Assembly (NCBI GenBank): GCA_001179505.1
Contig: CDMY01000455.1
Coordinates: 9,444 to 73,443, forward strand
Length of the DNA: 64,000 nucleotides
From: Vitrella brassicaformis CCMP3155
Taxonomy: Eukaryota; Protista; Chromerida
Reading direction: 5' to 3'
Each line of letters begins with the position of its first letter. The stretch's first letter is position 1. The position numbers were made by a program, and so were the translations under genes. The notes beneath the pieces were generated by a model that saw nothing but the letters and a program-made list of their open reading frames with translations, did no database searches and was not told the origin of the DNA. This document shows, piece by piece, positions 12,201 through 24,615 of the stretch.

Positions 12201-14821
12201 CACTCTACGTGGCCGACCACATGCCAGCCCGAAGACCCCAGACCGGCTCTCTGCTGCCGGTCGTGCCCAGCAGCTTTGCCCCCATGGCGAGACTGTCGGT
12301 CAACTACCACCTGCGGACGGTGCAGGCTGCCGTGCGATGGGTGGCGCAGGAGTGTGCGGACACACTGGGGCGCTCCGTGCTGGGCTACGGGGCGTTCGCC
12401 GCTGCGTTGCGTGAGTGGTGGGGCGAGGTGTGCAGAAGGGCTGGGGGCGGGAGTGGGAGTGGGGGTGACTTGCCGAAGCTCGATGTGGTTGTGGGGGACT
12501 TGACATCATGCTATGAATCCATCTCACAACAGGTGCACAGAGGAAAAGATCGGAAACGGTCCACTTCTCATGTGTCTGTTCGTTGATGTGGGGTGTGTGT
12601 GTGTGTGCAGGAGTTGGTTGAGGCTGTTGATTCGCTTCCATTGCCCGATCAGCTGGCTGTCGTCAAGTAAGATCAGCAGACTCACAGACTCACACACATG
12701 CAGGGAGGCACCGTCTCCTTGTCGCCCTAGAGTGTTGAAGCGGAGTTTCTCCCCTCCTGCTCGATTCGTCACGCGGACGCTGACAGTCGTGCTGCCCATG
12801 GACAGGTCAGCACGGACAAAGACCACTCAGACAACACAATGTCTCTGTTGCCGCCTTGTGTGTGGTGCTGATGGCCTAGGTTTCCCGACCTCCGCTCAGC
12901 CCTCCGCGATCCATCCCATGGGGCCCATTCCGTCCGGTCAGCGATTCTCTCCCGCTCTGAGTCCCACGGCGGCATCCTGCTGTCGGACCCCTGCAAGGTG
13001 ACCATCCTCACCAAGACGGACCTGCTGGCCACCATCAAGCACCACATAACGCACCACGCCGTCAAGCTCCAGACCACCCCACTGATGGACTCACGGGGCG
13101 GGAGGGGCGGCCGCGGCAGGAACGACGAGAGGCTGCTGGGTTTCCGCCAGCACACGGGCATCCCCCAGGGCGGCACTCTGTCCCCGCTGCTGTGCGCCAT
13201 CCACTACGGCCGCAAGGACCGGTCAGTCGACCTCAAGGCACTGTTGAACCTCTTCAAGGCGCCTGCCCCAGACAACGCAGCCAGCAGCAGCCCCGCCAAC
13301 GACCCCATCGCAGCCCTCCCAGCACTGCCCGCCCCACCGGCAGACAACGACGATGTCGCCATGGCTCCTGCTATCCCCCCATTCATGCCTTCGTTCCTCA
13401 TCCGGTGGGTGGATGATTTCCTCTTCCTCTGCCCACCGGACCGCGGCCTCGCAGACGGTTTCCTGAGCCTCCTGCTAGAGAGGGAGGTGTGGGGCGGCCC
13501 GGTCAACAGACACAAGTGTCGGGCCAACTTCAACACCGCCCTGCTTGATGGCGGCCACGGTGAGGGTGAGGCCGAGGGCGAGCCAGACGACGGGAGGATC
13601 GACTGGGCAGGGCTGGCTTTGGAGCCGGGGACGGGGGAAGGGGCGCGGGAGGGCAGTAAGGCGCCCAAGGTCAATGCCCTGTTCAGCGGATGGAAGTTCC
13701 CTGGTATGTGTCTAGTCACGCAAGCCCTACCCCGATGCGATTCTGCATGTGTGTGTTTGTTGTTCGTTGCTGGATGCAGGGTCGTGCAGCATATCGGACA
13801 GCCTCAACATCATGACACCAGGCTACTCGTCGTTCCTGGAGGGAGCACTGGACAGACCAAAGGGCACCGCCATGCAGGTGGGTAGTAAGTAGATGTCAAC
13901 AGCAGCTGTTGACAGACACCCAGCCAGACAAAGACGGTCCTTGTTTTCATTGCTCTGTGCAGACGATGATAGAGGATCGTGTGCGTGGGTTCATGCGTAT
14001 CAAGCTCTCACACGCAATGCTGCTCGACCGAAAGCTCAACGACTGGCAAACGGTCAGGCGACGAGAAATACGGCTGTCCGTCTGTCCGCCTGAGTGGGAG
14101 TGTCTGCCTGTCTGTCTGTCTTTCTGTCTGCAGATATGCCGCAACGTGTATTTCGTGATGCGCGTGACCTTCATGAAGCTGGTGGCGGCTTCCCACCGCC
14201 ACCGGCGCATCTTCGGCGGCTTCTGGAACGCATCCTACCTCAACAGTAAGTGACGTGAGCACCAATATAGCGCCGCCCTGTGTGCTGACACACTCACTTG
14301 TCACGTGTTCTGACTTCTGCCTTCGTGCAGACCTCATCGACCGGCTGATAGCCCAGTCCAACCAGTTCTATCGCCGCGCCAACCCCACGGCCACCAACCG
14401 CTCCATCGTCGGCTCACTCAACACCCTCGCCTCCATCTGCGAGTTGGCCTTCGCCGACGTGTGTGTGAGCAGGGCCGACTGGGCCGCACTCGTGAAGACG
14501 CGACGCAGACCCAAGGGCGGCCCGAAGAAGAAACGGACAAAGAGGCCGAAGGCGGCGGGCAAAGACAACAAGGATGGCAGCGGCAGCAGCGGGCTGTCGT
14601 CAAGTGCCACAGAGAGGGCCGCGGAGCACTTGCGGCAGCATGTGGGTGGGGTGGACCGTGGGAAGATCAGAAGGGAGTGGCGCGAGATGCAGTGGGAGAC
14701 GGTGAGGGGCGTCAAGAGACCCAGGCAAGGGGCGAGAGAGGGTGAGGGAGATGGGGACGTCAGCACCGAGGTGGACGCTAGGAGGTTTGGGGTGCCGCTC
14801 ATGCACAGGACGGCGAAGTAG
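9247..14821 (+). CDS. TERT: Telomerase reverse transcriptase (multi-exon, reading frame traced intact through the RT domain)
   Basis: TEN region WKTLLSRCGDSVMLHLLINCVVF..FLQCTG; CP LLRRTCP; QFP VKPSQVVRFV..LVFPSSLWG; T motif AHFFITPAE..RFFRKAVW; motifs 1/2 VRWLPKLKGMRPVVNL; A VVGDLTSCYESI; B' GIPQGGTLSPLLCAIHY; C LIRWVDDFLFL; D KCRANF; E IDWAGL. Exon phases are consistent at each GT-AG junction checked. Confidence 0.96.
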
Positions 14822-15394
14822 TAGACAGACAGTGCAGGCGGACTGACTGTAGGACGGACCGTGACACAAAGCGTATCAATGAATGTCGATTCCTGGCTGG
14901 CATGGATGTGACAGACTTTTGCTGATGATGACATACGTGCGTGTGCAGGCATCGCATCAGCCCCCCACCTGTGCGGTATGTATGTATTTGGTTGAGGGAG
15001 GGAGTCACCCATACGTCTGTTCCATTGATTCATCGTGCGGTGTATCTCAGACATGGTGTGTCTCAATTATCGGTCTGTCTGTCCCCTGTTTGTGTCTGTG
15101 TATCTGTCCCATCACTCACTCACAGCCCTTTGCTCCCTCCCTCCCTCCATCCCTCCCTCCCCATCTACCTCGCCCATGGATGAATCGACACGACACGTCA
15201 ACGTATGCATACAATGCAACACCGACCAGCAGCCAGGCACCCTCTTCAGACAGATAGCCGTAATGTACACGACAGACAATCAGACCCACACATGAGTCAG
15301 TCAGTCAGTCAGTGAGTCACAGCCAGATTCATTCAGCACGCATGGATGCCCTCCCTCCGGCACTATCATCTGTGATTCAGCGGATGGGGTCAGG

Positions 15395-18300
15395 TCAGGT
15401 CACTTTCCGCTTCTTGCTCCGCGTCACGTATGTCGGCTCAGCGGCAACGGGCACAGCGGCAGCAGCAGCGACGGTCATCTGCTGGTCGGTTGGGTTCTCG
15501 GGCGCCACAGCCTCGACCGCCGCGGTCACCCTCGGCCGCTTGTTGCCGTCGCCCGCCTGAAAGTTGCTCTTCAGCGACTTGGCGCCTCGCTGTCCTCCTT
15601 CATGCAGCTCAGTGACCGCCGCCCTCTTCTTGCTGTTCTTCTTGTTGCTCTGTGTCCTGCGGACTTTCTTGGGTGCGCAGCCCTCCCGCTCCTGACTCGT
15701 CGGGAGGTCGTTGGCAGCCAGCATCGATCGCTTCTTGTCCCGCTTTTGCTGCTCCTGTGGCAGTCCGAGCCCTGGCGCCCGGCGCCTTGTGTGCGTGAGC
15801 AGCTGCTCCTTGTGCCGGCTGACGGCCCGCTGGGCGGCGTCGAGGAGGAAACCGAAGGGCAGAGTGGCGATATCAGGGGCACCCATGGTGGTCGGTTTGA
15901 AGGCCTCACACACGGCCTTCGGCTGCATGACATGATCATACGTACAAGAGAGGCACAAAGATGCATTCATGGATCGGATCGACGGATGGGTTGGGGATGT
16001 GTTTCTTCCGCCCACCAGGGAGTCGGTGTTGATGCGCGCCAGGGCCCGTGCGATCGTGAGAGGCGCCAGATGCTTGACAGCCACGTCTCTCGTGCTCACG
16101 GTCGGTGGCTGCTCGGTCAACTCGTACAGAAGAGGCCTGCATGGATTGCACACAAAGCAACCCCATCCACAATGGATGGATGGATGGATGGATTTGTGCT
16201 GCATGACTCAGTACATGTTCTTGAGTGTGTTCTTGACGGCGTGTGAGAGCTGGTTGGCGATCTTGGTACGATGCCTGACGCCGTTGAGAGTGCTGATCCC
16301 CCACTGGTCCACTTGGTCACTGTTCATGGGGGCTGAGGCGAACAGCTGCACACATGACACAGACACGCACACAATGAAACAAAGCACTGAGCTCGGCAAA
16401 GAGCCAGACGTACCACGCAGATGTACTTACGTGTTTGAATCTTAAGAAACTTTCGCTGCCGATCTCGCCGCCGCAGATGTCCAGCCGCGACTCAACACGG
16501 AGGCCGTCGGCCTTGGCTGCCCCCACGGCGGCCTCGCACACCACCCGTACCAGATCGTGGTGACACCCAGCATCGCCCTCGGTATGCGCGGAATACGCCT
16601 GCACGCATTCAAAGACAGTGCGGTGTGGGCCGTGTGTGTGTGTGTGTGTGTGTGAGTGATTGTGTGCGTACCTGGACGAGCGAATTCAGTTTGTCCTGTT
16701 GCGCCTGTGCGCCGGTTTCCTTGGTTGACAGGTACAAGGCCATGAAGGCCGCCTCCAACTTGGCAACACCAACCCTGATCGATACACACACACATGGACA
16801 TAAATGGACGCCACACACACACACAGCGAGAGAGAAGAACAAATACAAGCCCGTCCACTCACCCACCCTCCCACCCCTGTCCGTGTATCTGCCTGCCTGC
16901 CTGCCGCTCCTTACTTGAGTGTCTCATACAGCTTCTGTAGGGTAGCCTCCACAGCCGCCCTCATGCCCCCAAATGCATCCTCACGACCATCTTCCTGGTG
17001 CTCGCCGCCCCCTCTTATGACGACCATTACGCCCCTCGCCTGCCAATCGCACCTGTTCACCGTGAAACCCTCGCCATTCGCCGCCTTGGCCAGCTCCTGG
17101 GACAGCTCCGGGGGGCTCCTGCCCGTGGCGGTGACGGCGTCCGTCGCACGCACACTCCACACACCATTGGCGTGCTGCGTGGCGCTGGCCATGAAGGACC
17201 GCATGAAGTCGGATTTCTCGCACACGTCGTCCTTGGTGGCCCGGGAGAAGCGCAGCTTGTATGTGAGGGGCACGTTGGGGTAGATGCGACTGGTGCTGGT
17301 GGTGGGTGGGCCGTCCTGCTGCTGCTGCTGATGCTGATGCTGTATCGTGTGGTCGAGCATGCGGAAGAAGGTCGTGACGTCATCGGGTGTCTGGGCCTTG
17401 AGGGCCGCCATGGCGTCAGTCGACGGCATACTGACGGCCACCACACGGCCACCACCACCTTGGCCACTTTCAGGCTGCTGGTCCGGTCGGCTGACGTGTA
17501 TGAATTTGTGGATGCTGGTGTTGGTGCGTGCATTGGCACGTGGCTGGATGAGGTGGTCCATGAGTGCGCAGGCAAGGCGGGTGGCCGCCCAGGGATCCAC
17601 CAACGGCACGCTGGCGTCGCGGTGCATCATGAGAAGGTCCTCGGGACGCACGAAGACATGAGAATGGCCGCGGGGGCCATCAGCACCTGACACACAGACA
17701 CACAGACAGACAGGCAGGCAGGCAGGCAGAGAGAGGGAGAGAGGTACGGTGCAGACGTGTCGGTGGGTCGTGTTATGCCCCTCGCGGTCATGCGTGTGTA
17801 CGCACCGTTGTCGTGCGGCTGTCCGCCTGTGTATTTGGTGTCCTTGACGTAGTTCTCAATCGACTGGGGGATGGTCAGGTGGATGGCCCCATCCACGCGC
17901 AGCGCGTGGCTTGCGTGGACGAGGTCAACGCCACTCGTCGCAACCAACACGCAAACCTTCCCTACACATAGATACATAGACACAACACAACACAACACAT
18001 GTGGGCATGTCTGTGTGCTGTATGTGTGCTGTGTGTGTGCTGTGTGTGTGTGGATTGATGCCCATCGCCCACTCGCTCCCTCACCTGTGATGAATCGGTC
18101 CATCACGGCGGCCAGCTGTGCCCTCGTGCGGCCTGAGTGATAGGTTTCCACCTCCCCATACACACCTGCACACAACACAACAAACCACAACACAACACAA
18201 CACAACACACATGCATGTGTCATCCAGCCATCCATCCATCCATCCATCCATCCGCCTGTCTCTCTCTGAGTGTTCTTTGTGTGTGTCCTGACGTACGTGT

Positions 18301-19308
18301 TTTCATCAGGGAATCTGCAAGCAGCTCGGCGTCCGACTGTCGCCACGCAAAGACGACGATGGTCTTCATGGCCGCCCAGGGATGTTTCCTGAGCAGCGCC
18401 TTGACCTCCATGACCCGGTGGAAGTCCCAGCGGTACTCGCTGTAGGTCAGGCCAAAGACACCATCGTCATTGGAGCCAGCTGGACAGACAGACAGCACAG
18501 GGAGGAATGCAGTTGAGGGCTTATTGTTCAGATGTCTGTCTGTCTGTCTGTCTTGGGCCTGATGTGTCTGTCCGTTGTGGTTGTGTACAGCGCCTGTGTA
18601 CCTGAGTCCTGGCGATGTTCTTGGCCATTGGCGGGGCCGTCGCGCGCAGGCAAAGACTCGTGCACCTGCAGACAGACACAGAGTGACGATGCCCAAAGAT
18701 GGAGGGAGGCACATCATATCAAAAGTTTGTGAGTCAGAGATTAATCCTCACTCACTCACTCACTCACTCACTCGAGGCTCGTTGACGTCTCGGTTGGCAA
18801 GACCGCTCCTATCCCTTTTCCCCATGGTCTTCCTGTTCTCCTCTCGTTTTGCAGGACTGGCACTGACCTTGGCACCCTGCTGCCGCTGCTGGCTGACGGG
18901 GGAGGGCAGCGTCAGCGGCAAAAACGGGTTGTGGAGAGGCGGGGACGGAAGCGCCGCGCCGCGGAGGTCCGGCCCCTGCTGCCTGCCGCTCTGCAGCTCC
19001 TGTGACCGTGACGCGACGGGCAGGGGCGACAGCGGGTGCGATGCCCTCTGCTGGTGCTGCTGCTGCTGCTGGTGGTGGTGGTGGCGGTGGTTGGTTGTGG
19101 GTGAGCGATGGTGACCGGAGTGCGGCAAACCGTTGGTGCCATACTGCAGGTGGCGCATCTCCTGTCGGTGCTGACGCAAATCAGCACGTGAGTGAACGTT
19201 GCGTGATGGGTAGGGAGGGTGAAGAGCGATGGACGGTTGGCTCAGCTCCAGGCGTGGCAAGGGTCCTGAAGGCCGTGGTGGCTCCGGCGACGGCGGCGAG
19301 CCCGACAT
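15395..19308 (-). CDS. RECQL4-like protein retaining only a degenerate helicase C-terminal lobe plus RECQ4-type C-terminal domains
   Basis: TIVVFAWRQSDAELLADSL (motif IV-like), VETYHSGRTRAQLAAVMDRFITG, KVCVLVATS..VDGAIHLTIPQSIENYV (motif V region), GHSHVFVRPEDL, winged-helix-like region IYPNVPLTYKLRF, and LTIARALARI...LPFGFLL resembling the RECQL4 C-terminal ARIFHGI...L.F..L. The N-terminus is His/Gln/Pro low complexity. Confidence 0.65.
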
Positions 19309-19749
19309 AACTGACTGCCGATGAACGAAGAACACTGACCAGCTTAGACCTGCACACACAGACACACAGCCATCCGTCACAGAGGTCAGATTATCGCTGC
19401 ATGCGAACACGCGCTGCCTGGCAGTGCCCGTGCGGTGCTCATATGGCACGTTGTCCCACCCGCGGCTTCCTGCCTTGTCTCAGCTCCGCTTACTTGAACT
19501 ATTGTGACAAGCCGCGTTCTCTATGACGTCAGACAGCGGCGTTCGTCTCTGCAAAAGGCGTGGAGAGCCATTTTTCCGCCATCACAGAGCTTTTCATGTC
19601 CATAGGGTCGGATAGGTTTCACGAATAAGCTCGCATACACCCTTAACCGACCGACCGACCGACATGGATTCCTTCCGAGGAGGCTCAGAAACATGCCTGA
19701 CTAAAGATATCTTGAGATCTGCATCTCTGTACTGACGATTCGACAGGCC

Positions 19750-21386
19750 ATGACGGGCGTGACGCTTGTAGGGGCCAGCGAGACCTTTACCAGCTATGAA
19801 GATGACTACCATCAGCTGGCCCGTGACATCAGCCAGAGGATCAGCCAGATACAGACGCAGAGATGCGGTCAGCCAACTACACGCACTCAGTGTGATTGCG
19901 AGGCGCTGTGCTGTGCTGTGTTTTCCTGCATGTGTTGATGCGGTGTGTTGTTGATGCAGGTCCGGCTGAGGTGGCGGAAACTGGGGATCTGTTGCAAGAC
20001 GCTAGGAGCTGTGTACGCCAAGCCACACAGACAGACNNNNNNNNNNNNNNNNNNNNNNNNNNNNNNNNNNNNNNNNNNNNNNNNNNNNNNNNNNNNNNNN
20101 NNNNNNNNNNNNNNNNNNNNNNNNNNNNNNNNNNNNNNNNNNNNNNNNNNNNNNNNNNNNNNNNNNNNNNNNNNNNNNNNNNNNNNNNNNNNNNNNNNNN
20201 NNNNNNNNNNNNNNNNNNNNNNNNNNNNNNNNNNNNNNNNNNNNNNNNNNNNNNNNNNNNNNNNNNNNNNNNNNNNNNNNNNNNNNNNNNNNNNNNNNNN
20301 NNNNNNNNNNNNNNNNNNNNNNNNNNNNNNNNNNNNGCCTGCCTGCCTGCCTGCCTGTGTTCATCTGAGTTGCTTTCATTTCGCCTGTCTATGTGTGTGT
20401 GTGTATACAAACGCTGCAGTTGAAGCACATGGAGCTGGAGGTGCAGAGCATGCCCGCCAACACTTCACTCACAAACAAGGTAGGTACTCCGCATTGCACA
20501 CACGCAACCCACTCAGCCCATGCAACTTTCATCCATGGATCAGGTCAAGCGGATTCGCGCCGACCTGACCGACTTGAGTCGTGACTTCGACCGCGTCCGT
20601 GCCAGGCACCAGCGTGATCAGCTTATCGGCAGGGGCAGATACGCCGCCGACGACACGAGCGCCAGTGTGCCGATGTCGGGGGGACAACAGATGCAGGTGG
20701 GCGACCCGGCTCACTGGCACCCATGGCTGCAGTTGGCACACATGGATGCCTCCCTCTGTGTGTGTGGTGTGTGTAGGAGTCGTCAAGTGCGCCGTCGTCG
20801 CACCGCGCTCGGCTGCTGGAGGGGCAGGACATGCTGCAGGATGGCACCAGACGGCTGGAACAGAGCAAACGGTATGTCTGCACCTAGGTCATGTGGGTAT
20901 TGTCCACGGCTCATTATGGTGTGCATGTGCGTGTCTTGTGCGTGGTGTGTGTGTGTGCTCAGGGTAGCGCTGGACACTGAGAGTGTGGGGATCAACGTCA
21001 TGTCAGACTTGAAGGGGCAGAGGGAAACCCTCATGAGGACTCACCAACACGTGGGCATGGCAATCAACCGATACACACACGCACAGGCACAGGCCATGGC
21101 CATACCCGTGGCTGTGTTTGTGTCTTGTCTGTGTTGTGTTGCAGGTCCGCGACACAGACAGCAACCTGCAGCGGGCCAAGCGCATTCTGCGCACCATGGT
21201 AAGGACAATTGACGCTCACGGACGGACATCACAAAGAGTTGTTGTCTATCTCTGTTTGTCCGCGTGTCTGTGTAGGGTCGTCGCGCGTTGACCAACAAGG
21301 TGCTGCTGCATGTCATCATAGTGCTGCTGCTGCTGGCCATCGTCATGACGCTCGTCATGAAGCTCACGAGGACACACAGGAAGTGA
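19750..21386 (+). CDS. VTI1: Vti1-family Qb-SNARE
   Basis: FTSYEDDY, DARSC|LKHMELEVQSM, RARLLEGQDML..RLEQSKR|VALDTESVGINVMSDLKGQRETL, TDSNLQRAKRILRTM, and C-terminal TM NKVLLHVIIVLLLLAIVMTLV. Confidence 0.92.
20037..20336. other. Assembly gap (300 N) in a VTI1 intron
   Basis: Run of N between (CAGA)n and (GCCT)n microsatellites. Confidence 0.99.
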
Positions 21387-22173
21387 ATGTCGGTGGAGGG
21401 GAGGGGCGTCTAGTCTAGCATAGTGTGTCGGGTGTATAGATTGATGTGACAGATGCATGGATGGATGGATGGATGGGCGGCCGACACTGCTACACGATCA
21501 TTGTACATGTACAACAACAGCAGTGTCTCTTTCTGTGTTGATCACATGCAGCCGTCCGTCATCGACTATGCTATCCACACGAGAGAGGGGGTCTCTCTAC
21601 CGATCCGCCTGCCCTGTACACCAGCGAGCGCCCCTGCCCTTTGCACACACACCCACACAAGCATCCATCCATCCATCCATATGCAATCGACTAACGCAAA
21701 AAGGCGATAGATACATGCCCATTGGTCGTGCGATGATCGCCACTTACGGGGCAACGAAAAACCACGCACACACCCAAGCCGAAAACGGCAGCATTCGAGT
21801 CAAAGTAAGAACATTCTGGCGTTCCTTCCACACACGCACATCGAGCAATTGACCCACAAGTAGTGAGTGAGACATCAATATTCGGGCACCCCATCCATCC
21901 ATTCCCCCCAAACGCAGAGAGGCAGGCAGGCAGGCAGTCAGGCAGGCAGCTACGGAATGTCCTCTGCACTGGCTGGCTAGCTGAAAGGGGAGACGGCAAC
22001 TAGTAGGTGCCCTCTCAATTATCTAGCTATCCACTGCACAAGCAACAACAAAGCGGGCGAAACGCCGTGCACGCCCACACACCCGCACCCATTCCCCTGG
22101 CCCATCCATCTCCACCCTACACACGTGCAGCCAAGGCTAGGCTACCATACTGCTAAGTGGGCGAGTGGATCAG

Positions 22174-23253
22174 TCAGTCGATGGAGCCCAGGTGCGCCCT
22201 CTCGTACTGCCTCATCCGCGACTGCAGGGTGTTGATGCGCATGGAGAGGTACTCGTTCTCCTCCTTGAGTCTGCTGTTCTCGCGCAGCATGTCCCTGGCG
22301 GCCTGCATGTGCTGCTGGAAGAGCATCGTCTGCCCGATCACCAGCAGGTTCGTCTGCTGCAATGTCTTGAGGATCCGCTCAGACGTCTCCACATCCAAAC
22401 ACTGCGGGTAAGACGGCAAACCACCACCACCACCACTACCGCCGTTGCTAACCCCCACCCCCACCCCCGCCCCTCCCTCTCCCTCTGCAGCCATCATGCC
22501 CCCCTGCAGCTGCACAATCGTCTGCAGCAGCTGCGCCGCGCTCGCCGCACCCAAGAGATGCTGATGCCCATCGGCTAAGGGGATGGACACCTCCTCATCT
22601 CCACCGCCATGGTGTGTGTGCGCGGGCGGCATGGGAATGGATGGCGTGACCATGGAGTTGGGCATGGACGTGGGCGGCGTCAGCTGGTGGTCGGTCGGGG
22701 CGAAGAGCTGGCCGGCAAAACGCCTCGGCGGACCGTCGGAAGTCACGCCTGGGTCAGCAGTGGGTGTGTGGGGGGCTGTGGGGTGCGATGACGGCTGAGT
22801 CGATGGCACCGACATGGATGCGGATCTGAGGTTGGCAGAGGGGGAGGGGGACGGGGAGGTGGGGAATGGGAGGCCCATCGAGCTACAGGCGAAATGCAGG
22901 GGCGCCACGCCAGATGGCTCTGCACGGTCTTGCGACCCGGGGGTGTAGCTGGCGGGCTTCTTGGTCACGCTGCGGGGCGTGATCTCATCGGGCTGCTCCG
23001 GCGGCCCATAGCCGTAGGAAGTGGACATCTCCCCCGGGCATCCATAAGGCGGTGGAAGGCCCCACAGCGACGAGGCTCCCGCCACGACGCCCATCATGGC
23101 CTCCCTGCCGTCGTTGATGCTGCCCATGCTGCTGGTGAACGGGACGGGAAGGGACTGAGGGCTGTCGGCAGTGAAGTAGGACGATGCTCGAGAGGGGAGG
23201 GGGACCGTTGATGGGTCGGGAGAGGCCGGCAGCAGGTCCTTGCCATGGATCAT
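22174..23253 (-). CDS. Hypothetical Pro/Ser-rich protein with C-terminal coiled coil (bZIP-like zipper)
   Basis: Long single-exon ORF with coding-like composition; heptad region LRENSRLKEENEYLSMRINTLQSRMRQYE. No clear basic region. Confidence 0.6.
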   Translation of the reverse strand: MIHGKDLLPASPDPSTVPLPSRASSYFTADSPQSLPVPFTSSMGSINDGREAMMGVVAGASSLWGLPPPYGCPGEMSTSYGYGPPEQPDEITPRSVTKKPASYTPGSQDRAEPSGVAPLHFACSSMGLPFPTSPSPSPSANLRSASMSVPSTQPSSHPTAPHTPTADPGVTSDGPPRRFAGQLFAPTDHQLTPPTSMPNSMVTPSIPMPPAHTHHGGGDEEVSIPLADGHQHLLGAASAAQLLQTIVQLQGGMMAAEGEGGAGVGVGVSNGGSGGGGGLPSYPQCLDVETSERILKTLQQTNLLVIGQTMLFQQHMQAARDMLRENSRLKEENEYLSMRINTLQSRMRQYERAHLGSID

Positions 23254-23618
23254 ACTATACCGCCACACACAACCACTCCGCTCTGTAGTGTATAATGCAC
23301 AGAAAACATGGGAGAAAGTGGCAGATCGGCACCACGTGTGGGTGGATCTTCCACCTGTGTCCATGAGATCGCCCACCTCAGCCGCCTGCCGGTCCTGCGG
23401 CCTCCTCCAGACCTCCACCTCTCGCCCCCCGGACGAGCACCGACCACAAGAAGGCTACCAGTTGGTCAGGGAATTGGGGAAAAGCGGTAGCAAAACACCC
23501 GCCGGATGTAAACGGGGGCTTTGTGGGGGCGTCTTTCCGCATCGCGTCTCACAGCATCATCCTTTGGCATCCCGCATTCTCAGCCGCATCCCTCTTCTGA
23601 GCATATCCGTGAATATCA

Positions 23619-24537
23619 ATGGTGTCCTCTGCCTCGCTACTGCTGACAGTACTCACCATCGGCTTGGTCCTGTTTGACTACCCGTCGCTCTTCGTGACTG
23701 CCCACGGTGCCCGGATCCGGCACCGTGTCAGCTCCAAGAGCGCCCACCGCCATGCACACGCCAGACTTGCAATGAAACAGACGACCAGGGGCCCCCCATG
23801 CTCCATCGAATTCGAGGCTGAGGTACGGACGGCATTCGGTCGGCCTGTCGCACTGCAAATGTGTGCTCATGTGTGAGGCAGATACAGAACGTCACTGCGC
23901 CGAAGGACCCGAAACAGAACGAGATGAAGATCAACTGGTACCCGTCGAAGTGGTACGCGTCGGAGTTCAGCACTGTCGCCGGTACGCTCTGGCTGAGACG
24001 AAACTTGCAGTGTGTGTCAGCGGTCTATTGTGGGGCCGGCTGGCTGAGTGCAGACCCTAGCCATTGGGTGTTCGAGGCATGCGACTCCAGCAAGGGTGAG
24101 GTCTGCATCATGCGAAAGTTGGTGATCTTGCCAAAGCTTGCCGAAGCGTTCAAAATCGAAGCCACGGGACAGGGCCAGTGCCTGCCGTTCGCTACTTACG
24201 GGAAATACTGTGTGGATCAAAAGAAACAGCCCCTGGACAACGCCTTCTACTGCCTCCGAGGGGGGTTCGACATGGTCAGTCATGCCGGCGGGGATGAGTA
24301 AGAAACAATTAAGGGGCCGGGTGGCTGCTTTTCTTGCATGTTGGGTTGCAGCCCGTCAAGCTTCACAACAAGGTCAAGAAGGACCAAAGCCTCGCGAGCA
24401 TCTTAAAGTCGGCCAAGGTGGGGCCCCTGTTCACGAGCTTCATTCTTCCCGACACCGACGATTGGGGCAAGGACAAGGGCAAGACCGTCCTCAACTACTT
24501 CAAAGCAGAGCCTCGCACAGACAAGACCAAGAAATGA
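23619..24537 (+). CDS. Hypothetical secreted Cys/Trp-containing protein
   Basis: Signal peptide MVSSASLLLTVLTIGLVLF; three exons joined by GT-AG introns; globular region with six Cys. Confidence 0.6.
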
Positions 24538-24583
24538 AGAAACATGCCACCAGAGGCCGGTGGACAGGCAGCAGGCAGGCAAG

Positions 24584-24615
<32 letters not shown>

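Noticed and set aside
12998-13885. Reverse-transcriptase ORF as a retrotransposon or retron
   Set aside because: It is embedded in a spliced gene with TEN, CP, QFP and T motifs, so it is TERT. No LTRs, endonuclease or gag were seen.
19990-20040. GC-AG intron in VTI1 (CAA|GCCACA)
   Set aside because: A canonical GT donor (TGT|GTACGC) gives a better Vti1 alignment (DARSCLKHMELE).
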